Below, in pieces: positions 36,794 to 48,900 of a DNA stretch of 64,000 bases (position 1 is its first letter; the number at the start of each line of letters is the position of its first letter). The DNA is taken from contig OZ024740.1 of NCBI GenBank assembly GCA_964016885.1, positions 289,850,001 to 289,914,000 on the forward strand, given 5' to 3'. Source of the DNA: Eledone cirrhosa. Taxonomy: Eukaryota. The notes under the pieces are model-generated. The model saw nothing but the letters and a program-made list of their open reading frames with translations, did not search any database and was not told the DNA's origin. Made by a program: the position numbers and the translations under genes.

Positions 36794-38379
36794 GGCAACG
36801 TTAACCTCGTCGGTATTTGAAATCAGAGCGCATTAAACCAGAACCAATACCGAGGCATTTAATCTGATGTTCTAACAATTCGCCAATATGATGCAAATCC
36901 CTACCATCATAACACTCCTTGACGTTTTTAAAAATGCAAGATATATAGAAAAAGACAGGATGTTCAGAGTCGGAACGCCTTTGCTCCTAGGTCAACTTAA
37001 TCAAAGCTGACTTGGAACTAAGCAACAGCAATCACATATTTTTATGAAGTAGTCATGAGATATGGTAAGACTTTTTATATAATCTAATCGGAAGAAAAAA
37101 TATGCGTCCTATAAATTATAAAATCACTCACAAGTTTCGAACGCATTACATGGTCTTGAGCAAGTGTCATTTACCATAGCATCGTGTTGACCCATGACTT
37201 GTGAGTGAAACTGAGGAGACGGAAACTGTCTGGAAGCTTGATGGGTAGACTGTGCATGTAATTGTTACATTCTGTGTCACACTAAACCTCACTAAGAATT
37301 ACGTTAGGTGCATACAAATTTGGTGAATGCTCAGCTACTTACACGTGAGCTACACAAGCAGGCTGTTTCGATGATCAAAGATTGAAATACTCATCGTCCA
37401 AACCGACCGAAGTGCATTCTAAAATCCTTCCAAGACATGCTATATTGATGTAGTTAAAATTAAAATTTAAATTCTGTAAGTTGATGTCTGTAGGGGGAAA
37501 TCATTTTAGATAGTTGCTGTTCTTGTGGGAAATGATTGTGCAATGTGTTATTGTCCTTTAGTCGTAAGTCAACCATAATTGAGTATATTTATGATGAAAA
37601 ATATTCTAGCCATGAACTTTCCATTGTTTTAGGGTATGTATGGCTACATTATTGAATGTGCCCTTTATTTAAGACGTTGGATGAGATTTGAGAGAGATTT
37701 CGCAAAAGAAAAGTATTTAAAGCGGGTATATTTTAAAGATGAACAAAATATGGACGATTACAGAAGTTACGGGAAAATGGTGGTATCGCTGGTTGCGATG
37801 ACATGCTGATTGCTAGTTTAGACAGAGGTTGTAGTAGTAGCAGTAGTAGTAGTAGTAGTAGTAGTAAAGAAGAAACAGGTAATTTGTGGGCCTACGCTTG
37901 TGGTTGTATTGTCATCGTGATGGATATGCGCATACTGATAGGAAATAGATTTATTCGAGAATCGATGCGTGGTGTAGCAGTCGGCTAAGCAGGCGATTAA
38001 AATTTGCTCATTGATGTTCAATGTAGAACCGATATTATCAGATATTAAACTCTGTAGTATATGAGAGCAAACATCAGAATCCATAAAATATATTGCTACA
38101 ATCAGACTCACGTTATATATAAAGCAGCTGAATAAATATTAAAGAAACTGGCAGTGTCAAATATAACAAACATCAATCAGAACGAGTTGTAAATAATAAC
38201 CAAAAACTAGTATGGATATAGATAAATAGCACTGTAATATATATCGACATACCCTTATATATGACAATTTTACTTTGAACTGTTCATGATGATAGTGAGT
38301 GTTGTTGTTAACCGGTATTGTTAATGATGTTAGTGATAGAAATTGGGTTAGTGTTAATAATGGTGTTAGTGGTGGTGAT

Positions 38380-39240
38380 TTGTTGGTGGAAATGATGGCG
38401 GTGATGGTGTTAGGGGTGGTGCTTGTGATGATGTTGGCGTCGGTGTGTTGTTGATGATATTGGTGCAAGTGTTAGTGGTGGTGTTTGTGGTGGTGCTGGT
38501 GTTAGTGGTGGTGTTTGTGGTGGTGTTGGTGTTAGTGGTGGTGTTAGTGGTGGTGCTGGTGTTAGTGGTGGTGTTTGTGATGTTGTTGTCGTCGGTGTGT
38601 TGTTGATGATATTGGTGCTGGTGTTAGTGGTGGTGTTTGTGGTGGTGCTGGTGTTAGTGGTGGTGTTTGATGTTGTGGTGCTTGTGGTGGTGTTGTCGTC
38701 GGTGTGTTGTTGATGATATTGGTGCTGGTGTTAGTGGTGGTGTTTGTGGTGGTGCTGGTGTTAGTGGTGGTGTTTGTGGTGGTGCTGGTGTTAGTGGTGG
38801 TGTTTGTGGTGGTGCTGGTGTTAGTGGTGGTGTTAGTGGTGGTGCTGGTGTTAGTGGTGGTGTTAGTGGTGGTGCTTGTGTTAGTGGTGGTGTTTGTGAT
38901 GTTGTTGTCGTCGGTGTGTTGTTGATGATATTGGTGCTGGTGTTAGTGGTGGTGTTTGAGGTGGTGGTGCTTGTGATGTTGTTGTCGTCGGTGTGTTGTT
39001 GATGATATTGGTGCTGGTGTTAGTGGTGGTGTTTGTGATGTTGTTGTCGTCGGTGTGTTGTTGATGATATTGGTGCTGGTGTTAGTGGTTGTGTTTGTGA
39101 TGTTGTTGTCGTCGGTGTGTTGTTGATGATATTGGTGCTGGTGTTAGTGGTGGTGTTTGTGGTGGTGCTGGTGTTAGTGGTGGTATTTGTGGTGGTGCTG
39201 GTGTTAGTGGTGGTATTTGTGGTGGTGCTGGTGTTGGTGT
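38380..39240. repeat. GT-rich composite minisatellite (24-bp GGTGCTGGTGTTAGTGGTGGTGTT-like units and ~60-bp units)
   Basis: Direct periodicity. Confidence 0.9.
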
Positions 39241-39907
39241 ATTGTTGGGGATGATGTTGGTGATAGTGCTGGTTACGAAATTGGTGATGGTATTAGTAGG
39301 GTTTGAGGTGGTGATAGCGATAGCGGTGTGATTTATATCGGTGTTAGTATTGGTGTTGATAATAGTGTTAGCGTTTGTGTTATTGATAGTGTTATCAGTA
39401 ACATTAGTTGTGGGCTTAATGGTGATATTGCTGTTAGTAGTGCTGTTTGAGTTAGTTTAGTAATGATGTTGTTGGTAGTGTTAGTGGAAGCGTTGTGTTC
39501 CCGGGAGTTATAGTTAGGGAGTATTAGTAGTGATAAATATGCTGGTGAAATGTGTGATTTTAGTGTTTCAGGTGTGTCGGTAGTGAAAACTGATGGTTTC
39601 GCAATCGTGAGGTTGCGAGATCGATTCCCAGACTGGGTGATGCGTTATATCATTTATTTCACGTTACTTCATCTGTCAGGTATATAGTATCAGCAATTGA
39701 AAGACTAATGGAAACATTATTTCCTTGGTCCGATTTGACGAGCGAATGAGGTTTGGAATTTTATCGATCGATCCCTTCTTTTCCCTTGTGGTATTAGCGA
39801 GGGTGAAGGTGGTGTTGACGGCGGCGGTTGTGTTAATGTTAGGGGTGTTGATGTTGCTAATGTTTAGAGATTTTAATAAGTTAGTTGCGGTAATTGTGGT
39901 ATAATTA

Positions 39908-42900
39908 TGATGGTGTTTGTGTTGGTAATGGTGTTGGTGGTGATGTTGGTTATAGTGTCAGAGGTGGTGTTTGTATTGGTAATGGTGTTGGTGGTGATGT
40001 TGGTTATAGTGTCAGAGGTGGTGTTTGTATTGGTAATGGTGTTGGTGGTGATGTTGGTTATAGTGTCAGAGATGGTGATTGTATTGGTAATGGTGTTGGT
40101 GGTGATGTTGGTTATAGTGTCAGAGGTGGTGTTTGTATTGGTAATGGTGTTGGTGGTGATGTTGGTAATAGTGTCAGAGGTGGTGTTTGTATTGGTAATG
40201 GTGTTGGTGGTGATGTTGGTAATAGTGTCAGATGTGGTGTTGTATTGGTAATGGTGTTGGTGGTGATGTTGGTAATAGTGTCAGAGGTGGTGTTTGTATT
40301 GGTAATGGTGTTGGTGGTGATGTTGGTTATAGTGTCAGAGATGGTGATTGTATTGGTAATGGTGTTGGTGGTGATGTTGGTTATAGTGTCAGAGGTGGTG
40401 TTTGTGTTGGTAATGGTGTTGGTGGTGATGTTGTTATAGTGTCAGAGGTGGTGTTTGTATTGGTGATGGTGTTGGTGGTGATGTTGGTAATAGTGTCAGA
40501 GGTGGTGTTTGTATTGGTAATGGTGTTGGTGGTGATGTTGGTAATAGTGTCAGAGGTGGTGTTTGTATTGGTGATGGTGTTGGTGGTGATGTTGGTAATA
40601 GTGTCAGAGGTGGTGTTTGTATTGGTAATGGTGTTGGTGGTGATGTTGGTAATAGTGTCAGAGGTGGTGTTTGTATTGGTAATGGTGTTGGTGGTGATGT
40701 TGGTTATAGTGTCAGAGGTGGTGTTTGTATTGGTAATGGTGTTGGTGGTGATGTTGGTAATAGTGTCAGAGGTGGTGTTTGTATTGGTAATGGTGTTGGT
40801 GGTGATGTTGGTAATAGTGTCAGAGGTGGTGTTTGTATTGGTGATGGTGTTGGTGGTGATGTTGGTAATAGTGTCAGAGGTGGTGTTTGTATTGGTAATG
40901 GTGTTGGTGGTGATGTTGGTAATAGTGTCAGAGGTGGTGTTTGTATTGGTAATGGTGTTGGTGGTGATGTTGGTTATAGTGTCAGAGGTGGTGTTTGTAT
41001 TGGTAATGGTGTTGGTGGTGATGTTGGTAATAGTGTCAGAGGTGGTGTTTGTATTGGTAATGGTGTTGGTGGTGATGTTGGTAATAGTGTCAGAGGTGGT
41101 GTTTGTATTGGTAATGGTGTTGGTGGTGATGTTGGTTATAGTGTCAGAGGTGGTGTTTGTATTGGTAATGGTGTTGGTGGTGATGTTGGTTATAGTGTCA
41201 GAGGTGGTGTTTGTATTGGTGATGGTGTTGGTGGTGATGTTGGTTATAGTGTCAGAGGTGGTGTTTGTATTGGTAATGGTGTTGGTGGTGATGTTGGTAA
41301 TAGTGTCAGAGGTGGTGTTTGTATTGGTGATGGTGTTGGTGGTGATGTTGGTTATAGTGTCAGAGATGGTGTTTGTATTGGTGATGGTGTTGGTGGTGAT
41401 GTTGGTAATAGTGTCAGAGATGGTGTTTGTATTGGTAATGGTGTTGGTGGTGATGTTGGTTATAGTGTCAGAGGTGGTGTTTGTATTGGTAATGGTGTTG
41501 GTGGTGATGTTGGTAATAGTGTCAGAGATGGTGTTTGTATTGGTAATGGTGTTGGTGGTGATGTTGGTTATAGTGTCAGAGATGGTGTTTGTATTGGTGA
41601 TGGTGTTGGTGGTGATGTTGGTAATAGTGTCAGAGATGGTGTTTGTATTGGTAATGGTGTTGGTGGTGATGTTGGTTATAGTGTCAGAGATGGTGTTTGT
41701 ATTGGTGATGGTGTTGGTGGTGATGTTGGTAATAGTGTCAGAGATGGTGTTTGTATTGGTAATGGTGTTGGTGGTGATGTTGGTTATAGTGTCAGAGGTG
41801 GTGTTTGTATTGGTAATGGTGTTGGTGGTGATGTTGGTTATAGTGTCAGAGGTGGTGTTTGTATTGGTAATGGTGTTGGTGGTGATGTTGGTTATAGTGT
41901 CAGAGGTGGTGTTTGTATTGGTAATGGTGTTGGTGGTGATGTTGGTTATAGTGTCAGAGATGGTGTTTGTATTGGTGATGGTGTTGGTGGTGATGTTGGT
42001 AATAGTGTCAGAGATGGTGTTTGTATTGGTAATGGTGTTGGTGGTGATGTTGGTTATAGTGTCAGAGGTGGTGATTGTATTGGTGATGGTGTTGGTGGTG
42101 ATGTTGGTTATAGTGTCAGAGGTGGTGTTTGTATTGGTGATGGTGTTGGTGGTGATGTTGGTTATAGTGTCAGAGATGGTGTTTGTGTTGGTAATGGTGT
42201 TGGTGGTGATGTTGGTAATAGTGTCAGAGATGGTGTTTGTATTGGTAATGGTGTTGGTGGTGATGTTGGTTATAGTGTCAGAGGTGGTGTTTGTATTGGT
42301 AATGGTGTTGGTGGTGATGTTGGTTATAGTGTCAGAGGTGGTGTTTGTATTGGTAATGGTGTTGGTGGTGATGTTGGTAATAGTGTCAGAGATGGTGATT
42401 GTATTGGTGATGGTGTTGGTGGTGATGTTGGTAATAGTGTCAGAGATGGTGATTGTATTGGTAATGGTGTTGGTGGTGATGTTGGTAATAGTGTCAGAGA
42501 TGGTGATTGTATTGGTAATGGTGTTGGTGGTGATGTTGGTTATAGTGTCAGAGGTGGTGTTTGTATTGGTAATGGTGTTGGTGGTGATGTTGGTTATAGT
42601 GTCAGAGGTGGTGATTGTATTGGTAATGGTGTTGGTGGTGATGTTGGTTATAGTGTCAGAGGTGGTGTTTGTATTGGTAATGGTGTTGGTGGTGATGTTG
42701 GTAATAGTGTCAGAGATGGTGTTTGTATTGGTAATGGTGTTGGTGGTGATGTTGGTAATAGTGTCAGAGATGGTGATTGTATTGGTGATGGTGTTGGTGG
42801 TGATGTTGGTAATAGTGTCAGAGGTGGTGTTTGTATTGGTAATGGTGTTGGTGGTGATGTTGGTAATAGTGTCAGAGATGGTGTTTGTATTGGTGATGGT

Positions 42901-45900
42901 GTTGGTGGTGATGTTGGTAATAGTGTCAGAGGTGGTGTTTGTGTTGGAAATGGTGTTGGTGGTGATGTTGGTAATAGTGTCAGAGGTGGTGTTTGTGTTG
43001 GTAATGGTGTTGGTGGTGATGTTGGTAATAGTGTCAGAGGTGGTGTTTGTATTGGTGATGGTGTTGGTGGTGATGTTGGTAATAGTGTCAGAGATGGTGT
43101 TTGTATTGGTAATGGTGTTGGTGGTGATGTTGGTTATAGTGTCAGAGGTGGTGTTTGTATTGGTAATGGTGTTGGTGGTGATGTTGGTAATAGTGTCAGA
43201 GGTGGTGTTTGTATTGGTAATGGTGTTGGTGGTGATGTTGGTTATAGTGTCAGAGGTGGTGATTGTATTGGTAATGGTGTTGGTGGTGATATTGGTAATA
43301 GTGTCAGAGGTGGTGATTGTATTGGTAATGGTGTTGGTGGTGATGTTGGTTATAGTGTCAGAGGTGGTGTTTGTATTGGTAATGGTGTTGGTGGTGATGT
43401 TGGTAATAGTGTCAGAGGTGGTGTTTGTATTGGTGATGGTGTTGGTGGTGATGTTGGTAATAGTCTCAGAGGTGGTGATTGTATTGGTAATGGTGTTGGT
43501 GGTGATGTTGGTAATAGTGTCAGAGGTGGTGTTTGTATTGGTGATGGTGTTGGTGGTGATGTTGGTTATAGTGTCAGAGGTGGTGTTTGTATTGGTAATG
43601 GTGTTGGTGGTGATGTTGGTAATAGTGTCAGAGGTGGTGTTTGTATTGGTAATGGTGTTGGTGGTGATGTTGGTAATAGTGTCAGAGGTGGTGTTTGTAT
43701 TGGTAATGGTGTTGGTGGTGATGTTGGTAATAGTGTCAGAGGTGGTGTTTGTATTGGTAATGGTGTTGGTGGTGATGTTGGTAATAGTGTCAGAGGTGGT
43801 GTTTGTATTGGTAATGGTGTTGGTGGTGATGTTGGTAATAGTGTCAGAGGTGGTGTTTGTATTGGTAATGGTGTTGGTGGTGATGTTGGTTATAGTGTCA
43901 GAGGTGGTGATTGTATTGGTAATGGTGTTGGTGGTGATGTTGGTTATAGCGTCAGAGATGGTGTTTGTGTTGGTGATGGTGTTGGTGGTGATGTTGGTTA
44001 TAGTGTCAGAGATGGTGTTTGTATTGGTGATGGTGTTGGTGGTGATGTTGGTAATAGTGTCAGAGGTGGTGTTTGTATTGGTAATGGTAATGGTGTTGGT
44101 GGTGATGTTGGTAATAGTGTCAGAGGTGGTGTTTGTATTGGTAATGGTGTTGGTGGTGATGTTGGTAATAGTGTCAGAGGTGGTGTTTGTATTGGTAATG
44201 GTGTTGGTGGTGATGTTGGTTATAGTGTCAGAGGTGGTGTTTGTATTGGTAATGGTAATGGTGTTGGTGGTGATGTTGGTAATAGTGTCAGAGGTGGTGT
44301 TTGTATTGGTAATGGTGTTGGTGGTGATGTTGGTAATAGTGTCAGAGGTGGTGTTTGTATTGGTGATGGTGTTGGTGGTGATGTTGGTAATAGTGTCAGA
44401 GGTGGTGTTTGTATTGGTAATGGTGTTGGTGGTGATGTTGGTAATAGTGTCAGAGGTGGTGTTTGTATTGGTAATGGTGTTGGTGGTGATGTTGGTAATA
44501 GTGTCAGAGGTGGTGTTTGTATTGGTAATGGTGTTGGACGTGATGTTGGTAATAGTGTCAGAGGTGGTGTTTGTATTGGTAATGGTGTTGGTGGTGATGT
44601 TGGTAATAGTGTCAGAGGTGGTGTTTGTATTGGTAATGGTAATGGTGTTGGTGGTGATGTTGGTAATAGTGTCAGAGGTGGTGTTTGTATTGGTAATGGT
44701 GTTGGTGGTGATGTTGGTAATAGTGTCAGAGGTGGTGTTTGTATTGGTAATGGTAATGGTGTTGGTGGTGATGTTGGTAATAGTGTCAGAGGTGGTGTTT
44801 GTATTGGTAATGGTGTTGGTGGTGATGTTGGTAATAGTGTCAGAGGTGGTGTTTGTATTGGTAATGGTAATGGTGTTGGTGGTGATGTTGGTAATAGTGT
44901 CAGAGGTGGTGTTTGTATTGGTAATGGTGTTGGTGGTGATGTTGGTAATAGTGTCAGAGGTGGTGTTTGTATTGGTAATGGTGTTGGTGGTGATGTTGGT
45001 TATAGTGTCAGAGGTGGTGTTTGTATTGGTAATGGTGTTGGTGGTGATGTTGGTTATAGTGTCAGAGATGGTGTTTGTATTGGTAATGGTGTTGGTGGTG
45101 ATGTTGGTAATAGTGTCAGAGGTGGTGTTTGTATTGGTAATGGTGTTGGTGGTGATGTTGGTAATAGTGTCAGAGGTGGTGTTTGTATTGGTAATGGTGT
45201 TGGTGGTGATGTTGGTAATAGTGTCAGAGATGGTGTTTGTATTGGTGATGGTGTTGGTGGTGATGTTGGTAATAGTGTCAGAGGTGGTGTTTGTATTGGT
45301 AATGGTGTTGGTGGTGATGTTGGTAATAGTGTCAGAGGTGGTGTTTGTATTGGTAATGGTGTTGGTGGTGATGTGGGTAATAGTGTCAGAGATGGTGTTT
45401 GTATTGGTGATGGTGTTGGTGGTGATGTTGGTAATAGTGTCAGAGGTGGTGTTTGTATTGGTAATGGTGTTGGTGGTGATGTTGGTAATAGTGTCAGAGA
45501 TGGTGTTTGTATTGGTAATGGTGTTGGTGGTGATGTTGGTAATAGTGTCAGAGATGGTGATTGTATTGGTGATGGTGTTGGTGGTGATGTTGGTAATAGT
45601 GTCAGAGATGGTGATTGTATTGGTAATGGTGTTGGTGGTGATGTTGGTAATAGTGTCAGAGATGGTGTTTGTATTGGTAATGGTGTTGGTGGTGATGTTG
45701 GTAATAGTGTCAGAGGTGGTGTTTGTGTTGGTAATGGTGTTGGTGGTGATGTTGGTTATAGTGTCAGAGATGGTGATTGTATTGGTAATGGTGTTGGTGG
45801 TGATGTTGGTAATAGTGTCAGAGATGGTGTTTGTATTGGTGATGGTGTTGGTGGTGATGTTGGTAATAGTGTCAGAGGTGGTGTTTGTATTGGTAATGGT

Positions 45901-48900
45901 GTTGGTGGTGATGTTGGTAATAGTGTCAGAGATGGTGTTTGTATTGGTGATGGTGTTGGTGGTGATGTTGGTAATAGTGTCAGAGGTGGTGTTTGTATTG
46001 GTAATGGTGTTGGTGGTGATGTTGGTAATAGTGTCAGAGATGGTGTTTGTATTGGTAATGGTGTTGGTGGTGATGTTGGTAATAGTGTCAGAGATGGTGA
46101 TTGTATTGGTGATGGTGTTGGTGGTGATGTTGGTAATAGTGTCAGAGATGGTGATTGTATTGGTAATGGTGTTGGTGGTGATGTTGGTAATAGTGTCAGA
46201 GATGGTGTTTGTATTGGTAATGGTGTTGGTGGTGATGTTGGTAATAGTGTCAGAGGTGGTGTTTGTGTTGGTAATGGTGTTGGTGGTGATGTTGGTTATA
46301 GTGTCAGAGATGGTGATTGTATTGGTAATGGTGTTGGTGGTGATGTTGGTAATAGTGTCAGAGATGGTGTTTGTATTGGTGATGGTGTTGGTGGTGATGT
46401 TGGTAATAGTGTCAGAGGTGGTGTTTGTGTTGGTAATGGTGTTGGTGGTGATGTTGGTTATAGTGTCAGAGATGGTGATTGTATTGGTGATGGTGTTGGT
46501 GGTGATGTTGGTAATAGTGTCAGAGATGGTGATTGTATTGGTAATGGTGTTGGTGGTGATGTTGGTTATAGTGTCAGAGATGGTGTTTGTATTGGTGATG
46601 GTGTTGGTGGTGATGTTGGTTATAGTGTCAGAGGTGGTGTTTGTATTGGTAATGGTGTTGGTGGTGATGTTGGTTATAGTGTCAGAGGTGGTGATTGTAT
46701 TGGTAATGGTGTTGGTGGTGATGTTGGTTATAGTGTCAGAGGTGGTGTTTGTATTGGTAATGGTGTTGGTGGTGATGTTGGTAATAGTGTCAGAGATGGT
46801 GTTTGTATTGGTAATGGTGTTGGTGGTGATGTTGGTAATAGTGTCAGAGATGGTGTTTGTATTGGTAATGGTGTTGGTGGTGATGTTGGTTATAGTGTCA
46901 GAGGTGGTGTTTGTATTGGTGATGGTGTTGGTGGTGATGTTGGTAATAGTGTCAGAGATGGTGTTTGTATTGGTAATGGTGTTGGTGGTGATGTTGGTTA
47001 TAGTGTCAGAGGTGGTGTTTGTATTGGTGATGGTGTTGGTGGTGATGTTGGTAATAGTGTCAGAGATGGTGTTTGTATTGGTAATGGTGTTGGTGGTGAT
47101 GTTGGTTATAGTGTCAGAGGTGGTGTTTGTATTGGTGATGGTGTTGGTGGTGATGTTGGTAATAGTGTCAGAGGTGGTGTTTGTGTTGGAAATGGTGTTG
47201 GTGGTGATGTTGGTAATAGTGTCAGAGGTGGTGTTTGTGTTGGTAATGGTGTTGGTGGTGATGTTGGTAATAGTGTCAGAGGTGGTGTTTGTATTGGTGA
47301 TGGTGTTGGTGGTGATGTTGGTAATAGTGTCAGAGATGGTGTTTGTATTGGTAATGGTGTTGGTGGTGATGTTGGTTATAGTGTCAGAGGTGGTGTTTGT
47401 ATTGGTAATGGTGTTGGTGGTGATGTTGGTAATAGTGTCAGAGGTGGTGTTTGTATTGGTAATGGTGTTGGTGGTGATGTTGGTTATAGTGTCAGAGGTG
47501 GTGATTGTATTGGTAATGGTGTTGGTGGTGATGTTGGTAATAGTGTCAGAGGTGGTGATTGTATTGGTAATGGTGTTGGTGGTGATGTTGGTTATAGTGT
47601 CAGAGGTGGTGTTTGTATTGGTAATGGTGTTGGTGGTGATGTTGGTAATAGTGTCAGAGGTGGTGTTTGTATTGGTGATGGTGTTGGTGGTGATGTTGGT
47701 TATAGTGTCAGAGGTGGTGTTTGTATTGGTAATGGTGTTGGTGGTGATGTTGGTAATAGTGTCAGAGGTGGTGTTTGTATTGGTAATGGTGTTGGTGGTG
47801 ATGTTGGTAATAGTGTCAGAGGTGGTGTTTGTATTGGTAATGGTGTTGGTGGTGATGTTGGTAATAGTGTCAGAGGTGGTGTTTGTATTGGTAATGGTGT
47901 TGGTGGTGATGTTGGTAATAGTGTCAGAGGTGGTGTTTGTATTGGTAATGGTGTTGGTGGTGATGTTGGTAATAGTGTCAGAGGTGGTGTTTGTATTGGT
48001 AATGGTGTTGGTGGTGATGTTGGTTATAGTGTCAGAGGTGGTGATTGTATTGGTAATGGTGTTGGTGGTGATGTTGGTTATAGCGTCAGAGATGGTGTTT
48101 GTGTTGGTGATGGTGTTGGTGGTGATGTTGGTTATAGTGTCAGAGATGGTGTTTGTATTGGTGATGGTGTTGGTGGTGATGTTGGTAATAGTGTCAGAGG
48201 TGGTGTTTGTATTGGTAATGGTAATGGTGTTGGTGGTGATGTTGGTAATAGTGTCAGAGGTGGTGTTTGTATTGGTAATGGTGTTGGTGGTGATGTTGGT
48301 AATAGTGTCAGAGGTGGTGTTTGTATTGGTAATGGTGTTGGTGGTGATGTTGGTAATAGTGTCAGAGGTGGTGTTTGTATTGGTAATGGTAATGGTGTTG
48401 GTGGTGATGTTGGTAATAGTGTCAGATGTGGTGTTTGTATTGGTAATGGTGTTGGTGGTGATGTTGGTAATAGTGTCAGAGGTGGTGTTTGTATTGGTAA
48501 TGGTGTTGGTGGTGATGTTGGTAATAGTGTCAGAGGTGGTGTTTGTATTGGTGATGGTGTTGGTGGTGATGTTGGTAATAGTGTCAGAGGTGGTGTTTGT
48601 ATTGGTAATGGTGTTGGTGGTGATGTTGGTAATAGTGTCAGAGGTGGTGTTTGTATTGGTAATGGTGTTGGTGGTGATGTTGGTAATAGTGTCAGAGGTG
48701 GTGTTTGTATTGGTAATGGTGTTGGTGGTGATGTTGGTAATAGTGTCAGAGGTGGTGTTTGTATTGGTAATGGTAATGGTGTTGGTGGTGATGTTGGTAA
48801 TAGTGTCAGAGGTGGTGTTTGTATTGGTAATGGTGTTGGTGGTGATGTTGGTAATAGTGTCAGAGGTGGTGTTTGTATTGGTAATGGTAATGGTGTTGGT

